Origin: a virus | Taxonomy: Duplodnaviria > Caudoviricetes | IMG/VR virus record: IMGVR_UViG_3300044852_000015 | Location: 1-64,000 of that record | Length of the DNA stretch: 64,000 bases | Reading direction: 5' to 3' (one strand) | Part shown: positions 47,418 through 56,650 of the stretch, piece by piece | How positions within the stretch are numbered: position 1 is the first letter of the stretch | How the letters are laid out: each line of letters begins with the position of its first letter | Position numbers and translations under genes: made by a program | The notes under the pieces: model-generated | The model's input: only the letters and a program-made list of their open reading frames with translations | The model's database searches: none | Told to the model about the DNA's origin: nothing

Positions 47418-47915
47418 TTAAGCCGTCAATTCCCCTTGTGCCCACTCAGCTTCGAGTTGGCGCTTCAGAGGTTTACTGCTCGGTTCTGAGGTCTGCGTTA
47501 CAACGCGGTAGAAGTCCACAGCAGCCTCGATCGTCTTCGCGGTGAACTCAGGTACCTCTAGTACACGCATCGCCTCCAAGAGGATGTCATCGGCCTCTGA
47601 GCGGGTGATGCTCTGTGGTACTCCGTCGACCGTGATCGACAGGTATTCACACAAGTAGTCGTGAACCACCGCCGCTTGACCGTACGCACCCCATTGTGGG
47701 ATCACTGACCAGAAGATCTGTGGTACTGAAGCACCATCAGTCAAGAAGCCAGCCGGTACGTAGACCCAACGGTTGGAACCTTTTGTCCCTAGGTAATAGC
47801 GGAAGCCCTTCTGGACACGCCAGTAGTCTTTACCTAGGAGCTTACTCGCTTTAGTGTCATACGCTACCATGAGTTCAGCATCGAACTTTCTGAAACTAAC
47901 AATGTCAGCCATCAC
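47418..47915 (-). CDS. DUF1353-family protein
   Basis: VPAGFLTDGASVP...AAVVHDYLC...R.EAD signature. Confidence 0.8.
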   Translation of the reverse strand: MMADIVSFRKFDAELMVAYDTKASKLLGKDYWRVQKGFRYYLGTKGSNRWVYVPAGFLTDGASVPQIFWSVIPQWGAYGQAAVVHDYLCEYLSITVDGVPQSITRSEADDILLEAMRVLEVPEFTAKTIEAAVDFYRVVTQTSEPSSKPLKRQLEAEWAQGELTA

Positions 47916-47953
47916 GATACACCTTTAAGAGAGGGACATCCCTCATATCGTGG

Positions 47954-47980
47954 CGGCATAAAAGGGAACCGAAGTTCCCT
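47954..47980 (-). terminator. Intrinsic terminator
   Basis: Minus strand AGGGAAC-TTCG-GTTCCCT-TTTATGCCG. Confidence 0.8.
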
Positions 47981-47987
47981 CTCACGT

Positions 47988-48215
47988 TTACGAACGGTGT
48001 TTCGCGACCCAGTACGGCCAGATTGCGAGCCCGATGACGTACCAGTACAGCAGAACCAACACTGTCTTCAGGTAGTTCTGCCCGTAGGCCTGCATGAGTT
48101 CGAGCCTGTAGTCTTTTAGGAACCTTGGATAGTCAGTACACAGGGTCAACAGAAAGCCACCCAGAACGACGTACAGGAGCAATCCATACATCAACGCGAT
48201 CACAATCAAGTTCAT
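47988..48215 (-). CDS. Small protein with two transmembrane helices
   Basis: 75 aa with two hydrophobic helices. Confidence 0.6.
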   Translation of the reverse strand: MNLIVIALMYGLLLYVVLGGFLLTLCTDYPRFLKDYRLELMQAYGQNYLKTVLVLLYWYVIGLAIWPYWVAKHRS

Positions 48216-48264
48216 TCCCTTTCCCCACCCTAAGCAAAAAGATCATAATGTCATAGAGTAGGAC

Positions 48265-48298
48265 AAAAAAAAGAAGGGGACCGAAGCCCCCATTCTTT
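48265..48298 (-). terminator. Intrinsic terminator
   Basis: Minus strand GGGG-C-TTCG-G-TCCCC followed by TTCTTTTTTTT. Confidence 0.65.
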
Positions 48299-48306
48299 CC
48301 CTTCCT

Positions 48307-48705
48307 TTAATGTACCGTGGCGGGTGTGGTAGGTGCGTAGAACACCTGATCACCGATGTGGTACTCTTGCAGGTAGAGACGTTTCCACGGGATCACGTTG
48401 CCGGCCTTGGTGTTCTCCAGCAGGCCTTCGCGTTTCTTGTGAATCGCCATGGGATTGCCGTAAGGTTGCAGCGCTTGGATCAGTGTTGGATCGTTCAGTA
48501 CGTCCAACGAGACTTTCTTCCGGTCTTTGATTTCACGCGAGGTGAAAACCTGATCCAACAGCCCCAAGGTCTTGAACAGGATGTTGAAGTAGACGAACCC
48601 GCCAGAAGCCTTCTTAACGGCTACGTGGGGTTTCTCGGGATTAAATGCCTCGGTGTCAATGCCCACCGGGACAGCAACTTCACGACGAGTAGAGAGCAGG
48701 CTCAT
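48307..48705 (-). CDS. Hypothetical protein
   Basis: 132-aa ORF overlapping the DHFR 3' end. Confidence 0.6.
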   Translation of the reverse strand: MSLLSTRREVAVPVGIDTEAFNPEKPHVAVKKASGGFVYFNILFKTLGLLDQVFTSREIKDRKKVSLDVLNDPTLIQALQPYGNPMAIHKKREGLLENTKAGNVIPWKRLYLQEYHIGDQVFYAPTTPATVH

Positions 48706-49267
48706 TTAGGTCTTTCCTTTGTGTATATAGTTCAACAACAAATGTGGGGGCAACCAGTAGTTCTTCGTTGCTCCAGTCAGATGGATCGAAGCTTGGGAAG
48801 AAGGTATCACACGGAACCTTGTGGGCTACGTGTGAAATCAACATCGTGTCGATCAGGTCCTTCTCCAACGCTTCTTTATATAGCTGCCCACCGCCAGCGA
48901 GGTAGATCTGTGCCTCCTCGTCTTTATTAAGCTCCCAGGCTTTGGCGATGGCTGCTTCCAAACTACGCTCGACATACAATCCCAGTCTCACGTAATTACG
49001 GACATACTCCTTACGGGACACTACAATGATCGTGCGGCCCGGTAAGACCATTTGTTCCTGCGGGGTGTAGACTTTTTTCACCCTCTCGCTGAGTTTGATC
49101 AGGGAATCGACGGTACGACTCCCCATAATCAACACTCGCCCCAATGTAGCCAAGCGAAAGTGTTTCAGTTCTGCTGGGTCTTTCCAGGGCATCTCACCAT
49201 TCAGCCCAATCCCACGCATTGATGACATTGCAGTGATCAAACCGATCTTCTTATCTTCAGCACTCAT
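48680..49267 (-). CDS. folA: Dihydrofolate reductase
   Basis: GIGLNGEMPW...ELKHF, IMGSRT, LPGR.IIVVSR, AGGGQLY and CDTFFP. Confidence 0.92.
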   Translation of the reverse strand: MSAEDKKIGLITAMSSMRGIGLNGEMPWKDPAELKHFRLATLGRVLIMGSRTVDSLIKLSERVKKVYTPQEQMVLPGRTIIVVSRKEYVRNYVRLGLYVERSLEAAIAKAWELNKDEEAQIYLAGGGQLYKEALEKDLIDTMLISHVAHKVPCDTFFPSFDPSDWSNEELLVAPTFVVELYTQRKDLNEPALYSS

Positions 49268-49914
49268 TGCTGACCCCCATTAATTGTTTTAGGACCGATG
49301 CGATGTACGGTAGCGTCACGATCTTCAGCCACCAACCCATTCAGGTAGAAAGGTAGATCGTCGTTCATCTCAACGCCCCAATGTTTAATCAAGCCATTGT
49401 AGCCACGGTTCTGGAACAGCAACACGTCAGCAGTGGCGCGGCGTGGTGTACCTTCAGCGCGTGGTGCGTCACGGAATGTGTAGAGTAGGTCACGACAGAC
49501 ACCCGTCCAGAGTTCAGATTGGTTCATGCGAGCCCAATGGTAGTCACTTTCGGTTTCGTACCAGATCTCTACGGGGTACACCACCTTCTCGTGGATGGCG
49601 TATCCATCGAAGCCCTGAGCACCCAACTGGGTAGCAGGTACCGAGTAGTATAGGTAGTCCGAGATGAACCAGTTCAGCGTACGGTCCAGTTCATCGGTCT
49701 TCATGTAGAGCATCCCTTTCAGGACGCCTTGCTGCACAACCGGTTGAGTCCGATCCCACAGTTCTTTAACCATTTCCTTGACGGCACGCTTGTTAGCTTT
49801 GCCATGGAACTTGCGCACTAGCGCTAAACGCAACAGTACATCCAGATCGTGGAACAGGGTTTCTTTCTCTTCAGCGATCTCTACTTGAATCTCGTCCACG
49901 GTAAAACTCTCCAA
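49264..49914 (-). CDS. Hypothetical protein
   Basis: ~210-aa ORF coupled to DHFR by an ATGA overlap. Start uncertain. Confidence 0.6.
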   Translation of the reverse strand: MESFTVDEIQVEIAEEKETLFHDLDVLLRLALVRKFHGKANKRAVKEMVKELWDRTQPVVQQGVLKGMLYMKTDELDRTLNWFISDYLYYSVPATQLGAQGFDGYAIHEKVVYPVEIWYETESDYHWARMNQSELWTGVCRDLLYTFRDAPRAEGTPRRATADVLLFQNRGYNGLIKHWGVEMNDDLPFYLNGLVAEDRDATVHRIGPKTINGGQQ

Positions 49915-49966
49915 CTCTACTCAGAGTACATTGATTAATGAAGGGGCTCTAGTGAACCCCGGTGTG

Positions 49967-50461
49967 TCAGCTTACTTTCTTGCTTGGTTCCCGGCAGACA
50001 CGTTCCAACTCGAAGTCTGTCGGCTTGTTACTCAACCCACTGATCTCGTGGTCTGCGTTCAGGTACAGGATGCACAGCTTGGTGTCGCTTGGGTGTTCAT
50101 GGCCAAACAACAACCATGGACTGCGCTCAGACATCATCTCCAACGTAGTCATCCGCTGAATACGAGCAAAGCGTTGAACTTCAACCATCACCACCCGTTC
50201 ACAAGGAGCGGTACGATCAAAGCCTTTACCCAATACCCCATCCACCAACATTTGGTCTTTAGAAAGTCCTTGAGTGTAATCACCACAGTCGGCGAAAAGC
50301 ACAGCACGGTGTAGACTATCCACAAAACCAAAATGCACGTTCTCGATTGCAAGAGCGCCAGCCAGTGTGTCCAGAGCATCTTCACGAGTTTCATGGGGCT
50401 CACCAGTTTGGCGCACGTATGTCAGCATCGGGTGTCTCCACACGGAGTTTATCGAAGTCAT
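49967..50461 (-). CDS. Hypothetical protein
   Basis: ORF in the minus-strand run. The start may be the internal MLTYV. Confidence 0.5.
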   Translation of the reverse strand: MTSINSVWRHPMLTYVRQTGEPHETREDALDTLAGALAIENVHFGFVDSLHRAVLFADCGDYTQGLSKDQMLVDGVLGKGFDRTAPCERVVMVEVQRFARIQRMTTLEMMSERSPWLLFGHEHPSDTKLCILYLNADHEISGLSNKPTDFELERVCREPSKKVS

Positions 50462-50828
50462 GGTAAGGTACGTAATGTGGGTGAGTATAAGCGTCTTCTA
50501 GACAGATTATTAGCTTACCCTGTAAACCATTATTGAGCATCGCTTGTAGACGATGGGCTGTCATCATCTCAGGGCGAGGGTTAGGCATCGCCATGGGGAA
50601 GAACGTCCCCAAGGGAAACCCACCATTCAACATGCTTGCTGAGATACCCATCGTGGGTAGACTTGACAACATGTCCACCTCCAAGCTCTGGAGATGCTCG
50701 TAGATGCCGTGACCTTCGCTACCTACCCCGGAGTAGGCCTCAATGTCCCACGTGACTTGGAGCTTCTGTTGGCGAGGGCTATCAGGCCAACGACGACGAG
50801 CACCGAAGTATTGTTTACGCTTCCTCAC
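50400..50828 (-). CDS. Hypothetical protein
   Basis: Fills the gap after the ligase and overlaps both neighbours. Confidence 0.4.
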   Translation of the reverse strand: MRKRKQYFGARRRWPDSPRQQKLQVTWDIEAYSGVGSEGHGIYEHLQSLEVDMLSSLPTMGISASMLNGGFPLGTFFPMAMPNPRPEMMTAHRLQAMLNNGLQGKLIICLEDAYTHPHYVPYHDFDKLRVETPDADIRAPNW

Positions 50829-52851
50829 TAAGGTAATCCTCCAGCTTTGGGTTCAGTCCAGCTTTTATATCATCCACGAAGCGATCAAAGTCCACAGGCA
50901 CCATGACACGGACTTTAAACTTACGGGCTTTGTCAATTTTACCACCACCACCTTCACCTGCTAACAACACATCGGTTTTCTTTGTTACGTCACTCGAGAC
51001 ATTCGCCCCGAACCCAGCCAACAGGTCTTTCAACTGATCACGGGAGTAGTGATCGAAGGAACCTGTGATCGCCCAGTTCTGTCCCGCCAAGTCTTGGTTA
51101 GACGAGTTGAACAGAGGGTTAGTCAGTTCGAGGATCTCCAACAGCGCCGTGTAGGTTTCACGGTTGCGTGGATCTTTGAACCAGTTGACCAGACTCGCAG
51201 CAGTTTCATCGCCAATGTCTTTTATGCCCTTGAAGTCCTCATAAGACGCATGACCAATTTCACTGGCTGTAGCAAACCGACGAGCCAACCGCTTGGAGGT
51301 ACCTTCCCCAACTTCAGGGATACCCAGACCAAACAAGAAGTTGTGTAGGTTCTGCTTACGGGACGTATGGATCGCTACATGGCTGTCACGCGCCGAAGTC
51401 GCTGCAAACCCTGGGAGTTCTAAGAAGTCCGTGGCAACCAGCTTGAACAGGTCTTGAGGACGCTGGATCTTCCCGGCTTCAATCAGGCAGTCCAAGGTCG
51501 CTGGGCCAATCCCGTCAATGTTCAAAGCACCGCGAGAAACGAAGTGTTCGAAACGGCGCTGGGTTTGTGCGGAACATTCCCAACCGTTCTGACACATCAG
51601 GTCTGCACCCACCTTGACCAGCACGGAGTTACACACCGGACAGTGGGTAGGGGGTTCTACCTGAGCATGGGGAGTGTTCTTCATCACCACCCGCAGGATC
51701 TTGGGAATCACGTCACCAGCACGGCAGACGCGAATCTCATCCAGCAAGCCCAGACCCAGTCGAGTGACTTCGTCGTAGTTGTGGAGTGTGACTGAGGAAA
51801 CCGTAACCCCAGCCAGATGCACTGGGAGGATCTTGGCTACTGGAGTCACCTGACCGGTACGTCCCACTTGGTTCACCACGTTCTGGAGTACAGACGTAGC
51901 TTCTTCCGCTTGGAACTTCAGTGCAATCGCCCACCGTGGCTCACGACTACGGTAGCCCAACTTACGCTGGAGTGCCAGTTCGTTAACCTTGAACACCAAC
52001 CCGTCGATCTCGTAAGCGAGGTTCGGACGAGCAGTCTCCATCAACTCGATGAAGCACTCAGCGTCTTTGGCGTTGTCGATTGGGAATGTCGGGTTGACAT
52101 TGAATCCCCACTCAGCAGCCTTCTGTAGTTGCTTCTCATGGAAAGGCTTGATCTCTTGGATCATCCCGTACATGTAGAAAGTCAGACCACGATCTTTCAC
52201 CACACCCGAGTCAGACTGCCGCAGGGTACCCGCCGCCGCATTACGTGGGTTGGCCTTAGGTTCTTGTCCTTGAGCGATCAGTCGGTCGTTCAGCGCAAGG
52301 AACTGGGCTTTATGCATGGTCACTTCACCACGCACCTCTACCACCTCAGGCCAGTCGTCCCCTTTGAGTTCCATGGGGATGCCTTCAACCATGCGCAGGT
52401 TGTCTGTGACATCTTCCCCTACTTCCCCATCACCCCGCGTTACACCTTGAGCGAACACACCGTCAATGTAACGCAAGCCCACAGCTAGGCCGTCGAGCTT
52501 GACTTCACCCGTCGCCTTGGGATCGACGTGGCGACTACCTTCAGTCTCAGTCAGCCCTGTAAGGCCATACCACTTCATCAGGTCGTCAAAGTTAAACACG
52601 TTACCCAAGCTAAGCATCGGGATTACGTGGCGGACCTTTTGGAAGCCCCGTTCTTTGGGAGTGTAACCAACCCTCTGTGTCGGAGAGTCTGGTGTGACCA
52701 GATCAGGACGTTGTAGTTCGAGGGAGACCAGCTCGCGGTAATGGCGATCATAGTCAGTATCAGCAATGGTCGGAGCATCGTTGTCATGATACTCCTCGTT
52801 CCATTTATTGATCAGCCCTCGGAGTTCGAGGATTCTTTCCGGAATATCCAC
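50815..52851 (-). CDS. ligA: NAD-dependent DNA ligase
   Basis: EVKLDG (adenylation Lys), TRGDG..GED, EVRGE, NPRNAAAG, DGLVFK, zinc finger CPVC...C....C, HhH motifs and a C-terminal BRCT domain. Likely GTG start at 52851. Confidence 0.95.
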   Translation of the reverse strand: MDIPERILELRGLINKWNEEYHDNDAPTIADTDYDRHYRELVSLELQRPDLVTPDSPTQRVGYTPKERGFQKVRHVIPMLSLGNVFNFDDLMKWYGLTGLTETEGSRHVDPKATGEVKLDGLAVGLRYIDGVFAQGVTRGDGEVGEDVTDNLRMVEGIPMELKGDDWPEVVEVRGEVTMHKAQFLALNDRLIAQGQEPKANPRNAAAGTLRQSDSGVVKDRGLTFYMYGMIQEIKPFHEKQLQKAAEWGFNVNPTFPIDNAKDAECFIELMETARPNLAYEIDGLVFKVNELALQRKLGYRSREPRWAIALKFQAEEATSVLQNVVNQVGRTGQVTPVAKILPVHLAGVTVSSVTLHNYDEVTRLGLGLLDEIRVCRAGDVIPKILRVVMKNTPHAQVEPPTHCPVCNSVLVKVGADLMCQNGWECSAQTQRRFEHFVSRGALNIDGIGPATLDCLIEAGKIQRPQDLFKLVATDFLELPGFAATSARDSHVAIHTSRKQNLHNFLFGLGIPEVGEGTSKRLARRFATASEIGHASYEDFKGIKDIGDETAASLVNWFKDPRNRETYTALLEILELTNPLFNSSNQDLAGQNWAITGSFDHYSRDQLKDLLAGFGANVSSDVTKKTDVLLAGEGGGGKIDKARKFKVRVMVPVDFDRFVDDIKAGLNPKLEDYLSEEA

Positions 52852-52879
52852 GGCTTCTAAGCTCCGTATTAGATTAAAC

Positions 52880-52914
52880 AAAAAAAGAGTGAGGGGTTGG
52901 CCCTCCTCACTCTT
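52880..52914 (-). terminator. Intrinsic terminator
   Basis: AAGAGTGAGG...CCTCACTCTT with a T-tract on the minus strand. Confidence 0.7.
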
Positions 52915-52923
52915 ACCGCAGGC

Positions 52924-53844
52924 TTACTCGGCCAGTAGGAACATACCCGAGTAAACTTTCTTCGGTCCTTGTGCAACCCCAACCACCGAGGCTTCGTTGT
53001 TGTGGTCGTAGTTTGCCATGAGTTCCATAACTACCATGTCCAACTCAACCGCAGCTTCGTCACGACCGAACGGTTGTGGGCGATGGCGGTACTGATCAAC
53101 CGGCTGAGGAGCTTCGAGCACCAGGTAACGTGGACCTTTGTCGATCATGTGGGCCACAACGTCGCCACGCTTGAACACAGGGCGTTCTTGCTGCAACAGG
53201 ATGACCACTTCGTCTTCAGCGAGAGCCAACGCCGTTTTGTCGCTGTTCTTGATGATCTTCTCGACTTCGGTACGATCCACTGGCGAGAGCAGCACGCCGG
53301 TGTAGTTGGAGATGTCGTAGTAGAGATTGCTTTCAACCCCGAAGGTGAAAGTGTGGAACTTGTCGCCGATCAGGAACTCTGCGCAGTACTCGGTAGACAA
53401 GCGGTAGTCTTGGGTGGACGCCAGCGCTTCACCATTGAGGTACAGGGTAGCAGTTTGACGCAGCCCTTTCTTCTGACCGACCACAGACATGTAGCAGTCA
53501 CGACGATTAGGCATGTCGTGGAACGGACGACCCATCCCTTGGTTAGGCTTAAAGGTCGCTTCGATTTTGGCGATAGCTTCAGCAACAGCAGGAGAGACTG
53601 GTGTCATTACGGCATTTCCTTTAACAGGGGAGGATTGGGTTGTGGTGGCTTCTACACGCGGGAGAATAGAAGGTTGTTGTAGGGGTAGTGGCTGAGTAGC
53701 TTGTACCCCTACCGGTTTGGTGGAGGTGGTGATTTGATTAGCGAGTTTGTCAGCCAACGCTTTAGAGCTAGTCTTTGGACCAGGTTTCTTGCCTGCTGCG
53801 GGTTTGGTGTCGGCAGGCTTGTTCTTCGGGATTCCACGTGGCAT
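52924..53844 (-). CDS. Hypothetical protein with a basic, Pro/Lys-rich N-terminus
   Basis: MPRGIPKNKPADTKPAAGKKPGPK; RBS AAGGA. Confidence 0.7.
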   Translation of the reverse strand: MPRGIPKNKPADTKPAAGKKPGPKTSSKALADKLANQITTSTKPVGVQATQPLPLQQPSILPRVEATTTQSSPVKGNAVMTPVSPAVAEAIAKIEATFKPNQGMGRPFHDMPNRRDCYMSVVGQKKGLRQTATLYLNGEALASTQDYRLSTEYCAEFLIGDKFHTFTFGVESNLYYDISNYTGVLLSPVDRTEVEKIIKNSDKTALALAEDEVVILLQQERPVFKRGDVVAHMIDKGPRYLVLEAPQPVDQYRHRPQPFGRDEAAVELDMVVMELMANYDHNNEASVVGVAQGPKKVYSGMFLLAE

Positions 53845-53859
53845 TGTCTTTTCCTTTCT

Positions 53860-54111
53860 TTAGGATTGATGATTGTATTTGTTGCGGATGGTTTCTACAC
53901 GGAGTTTCAAGTCCATGGGGAGGTACTCTTGGTGCACCATCTGATCAGCACGACCAATCAGATTCAGTGCTTCGGAGCCGTCCTTGGACATGCCCGGTGG
54001 GAACTCGATATAATGACGCCCGCTCTTGCTTGTGAACCTTACACCATCGAGTACGAACTCGAGGAACTCGCAGGCTGCACGTACTTCGGACTCTTCGATC
54101 TTTACAATCAT
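53860..54111 (-). CDS. Hypothetical protein
   Basis: 83 aa with RBS AGGAG. Confidence 0.6.
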   Translation of the reverse strand: MIVKIEESEVRAACEFLEFVLDGVRFTSKSGRHYIEFPPGMSKDGSEALNLIGRADQMVHQEYLPMDLKLRVETIRNKYNHQS

Positions 54112-54217
54112 GGATAGCTCTCCTCAGAGCAGTTGGATAGAGATAGGGAATAAAGAACCCCTATCTCTATTCTTTTTTAAGAACAGGTTTGTTTGGTCAT
54201 TATATCAGCCGGAGCTG

Positions 54218-54655
54218 TTAAGATTTACGGGTGAACGTAGTTTCCTTGTAACGGGTCAGGTCCAAGTCCGAGCGATTCTCCTCGTGACATTGAACCAAGG
54301 TGAAGGCCAACGAGGCACACATCGAGTTCCACATACAGAGTTCTCGGTGTTCCTGTGGCGTTTCCAGGGTCAGGAACTTCACCAGCTTATCTAGCGCTTC
54401 CTGAGGTGTATTACCAAACCGCAAAGGAAACCACGGGATGTTGGTGAGGTGACCTTGCCAGAAGTCATCATCCTCAACCATACTCGGGAAAGTGTTGGCG
54501 TAGTTCTGGGTGTTGTCTTGGCTATAGATGAAGGCAGCGTAGCCACCCCAGCCTTGGTGTCGCAAACTACAGATGCTCAACGTGTTACCCAGAGCCGTTG
54601 GAGTATCGGCGTCGTTGTACATCTTGATGAACTTGTCGAGACCTTCGAGATTCAT
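54218..54655 (-). CDS. Hypothetical protein
   Basis: Start MNLEG, in an ATGA overlap with the upstream gene. Confidence 0.6.
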   Translation of the reverse strand: MNLEGLDKFIKMYNDADTPTALGNTLSICSLRHQGWGGYAAFIYSQDNTQNYANTFPSMVEDDDFWQGHLTNIPWFPLRFGNTPQEALDKLVKFLTLETPQEHRELCMWNSMCASLAFTLVQCHEENRSDLDLTRYKETTFTRKS

Positions 54656-55887
54656 TTGCGATTCCTTGGGTCCCATTGGGTACCTTCCAGCAGATAGTCG
54701 AGTCCCCCTTCCTGTGCTTCCTTGATCGCTGCTTCACGATCGGACAGCTCTTCAGGAGTCAGTGGTGCTTCCATCATGATTGGATCAAACACGTGGTCTG
54801 ACCGATCAACAACCATGTACGCCATGGTCTCGTTACGACCCACACTTTGGGAGGTTGCGTAGGTCAGGTCTACGAACTCAGCGATGCGTGAGCCGCGCCC
54901 CGGTGGAGCGACTTCGTACTGGTGGGTTTTTCCCTGAACCAGATACTCCAGCTCGGCGTTCTCCCCAGGAACATACAACTCAACCACCCCAGTGATCCCA
55001 ATGTTGTGGAAGTTAGAGTGAGTGTGCTTCCAGACGTGGCCAGCGTGTTGGAACAGGTACGATTCGACCACTTCAACCTCCGGGCACAGATTAGACTCGA
55101 ATATGCGATGGTCCCAATGAAATGTTCCACTGAGGTCCACGTTACCGTTTGGTAGTAGATGTCCGCCAACCTTCAAACGGTTGTACAGGTCTTGGGCGAT
55201 CGGTACTGGGCCATCCTCGTAAGTCTCAGGAATCACCCCAGTGAGCAACCCGATCTCAGAAATCACTGGATCGCTGTCTTTACGAGCCCGGATCGCGTCA
55301 AGTTGAAAGTTTTCCCGTACAGTCAGGATAGGGTTGTGCTTACGATCCATTGGTTCTATATCCCAAATACCAGAAGGTCCATGTTTATCACGTTTTACAA
55401 TACCGTTCTCCACCACACGATCCGAACGGAACATGTAGTCGAAGCAGGCCTCGTCGTCTAACCCAAAGTCCACACTGTGTTCCTCGCTGGAAACACTCAA
55501 CTCAGGGAAAGGTTTGTAGTTGGTGTCATCGCCGTACAGATTCAACAAACTGCCGATGCGGATCTCACCTTCAGGAGCCTCGTTGACCCAGTCCTGTACG
55601 AACTGCATCTCTAAGCCTGACCAGTAGTCATGGACCACTTGGCGTTCGATGTGCTCCGGCAAGCCTGAGTGGTTGAACGGGTCAAACCCGACCATCACCA
55701 CACGAGAGACCGTATTGCGCAGTGGTTTGTGTTGGTTCTTGGTGCGCTTGAATTGAACACCCTTGATCTCAGGGAACTCGTAGCCAGCTTCACGGAACTC
55801 CCGAGCTTTGCGAGCGATGTACAGAGTATCGACATGATTGAAGCCTGGGTTGTACACGCCATCTTTCCAGCCACGTTCGTTACTCAT
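54652..55887 (-). CDS. Early hypothetical protein
   Basis: 411-aa ORF in an ATGA overlap with the upstream gene. Confidence 0.7.
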   Translation of the reverse strand: MSNERGWKDGVYNPGFNHVDTLYIARKAREFREAGYEFPEIKGVQFKRTKNQHKPLRNTVSRVVMVGFDPFNHSGLPEHIERQVVHDYWSGLEMQFVQDWVNEAPEGEIRIGSLLNLYGDDTNYKPFPELSVSSEEHSVDFGLDDEACFDYMFRSDRVVENGIVKRDKHGPSGIWDIEPMDRKHNPILTVRENFQLDAIRARKDSDPVISEIGLLTGVIPETYEDGPVPIAQDLYNRLKVGGHLLPNGNVDLSGTFHWDHRIFESNLCPEVEVVESYLFQHAGHVWKHTHSNFHNIGITGVVELYVPGENAELEYLVQGKTHQYEVAPPGRGSRIAEFVDLTYATSQSVGRNETMAYMVVDRSDHVFDPIMMEAPLTPEELSDREAAIKEAQEGGLDYLLEGTQWDPRNRK

Positions 55888-56444
55888 TCTTTATCCTCCT
55901 CAGGGTCAAACTTCAGAAGCTCTGTTAAGTGCTGACGCAGCTCGGGGTTAGCACCCTTATCCAACAGCTCGTCAACATTCCCAGGAACAGGACGTAGGTC
56001 AGATTGATCGCCGAAACGCTCCCAGTGTTGGCGGATAGGGTTAGGGCGGGTCACAACCGGATGGGTAGTTCGGTCGATCGCTACGCCGTCTTTGAAGATC
56101 AGCGTCAGATCCTCACCCATCTCAGCCACTTGCTCAGGGGTGGCTTTGATAGCCAACTTGGTGTGATCACGATCCTTAGCCCGACTAGGATCACTCAAAC
56201 CAAGAGGTAGAGCAGCCCTATCCATACCCGAAGCAAGCTCTGCGTCTATACCGCCCCACAGGACATCGTAAGCTTCTTGACTGGTTAGCGGTGTCGTACT
56301 AGTTAGGTTAGGTAGTCGCATACTCAGCCGACCACTCGCAGTCTTAAAGTGGTCCATGGGGAGAAGCTGCACAGTTGCGGCAGTCAGCTTCGTCAATTCT
56401 TTAAGAGCTTTCTTGATGTGGCGTTTCTTTGGGTTCTTCATCAT
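55884..56444 (-). CDS. Early hypothetical protein
   Basis: 186 aa with RBS GAGGAG; first gene after a TATATTAC promoter. Confidence 0.65.
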   Translation of the reverse strand: MMKNPKKRHIKKALKELTKLTAATVQLLPMDHFKTASGRLSMRLPNLTSTTPLTSQEAYDVLWGGIDAELASGMDRAALPLGLSDPSRAKDRDHTKLAIKATPEQVAEMGEDLTLIFKDGVAIDRTTHPVVTRPNPIRQHWERFGDQSDLRPVPGNVDELLDKGANPELRQHLTELLKFDPEEDKE

Positions 56445-56477
56445 AGATCTCCTCAGATCGTTTAGGTTAGTATTGCC

Positions 56478-56500
56478 CTTAGGTAATATATACTTGAAAT
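56478..56500 (-). promoter_or_regulatory. phiKZ-type early promoter (TATATTAC)
   Basis: Minus strand ATTTCAAGTATATATTACCTAAG, about 35 nt upstream of the 56444 start. Confidence 0.7.
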
Positions 56501-56650
56501 CTGGTTGGTTAGAGGGAGTGTTTAGTTACATACGCAGTGTACCCTATGTTGGTTTTGGGGATTGTTTTTGACAGACGATTTTGAAACCTAATGTTATAGT
56601 CACGGACTAATTACTGTCCCCTGTTAGTAGCCAAATTTAAGGTTTGAGTC

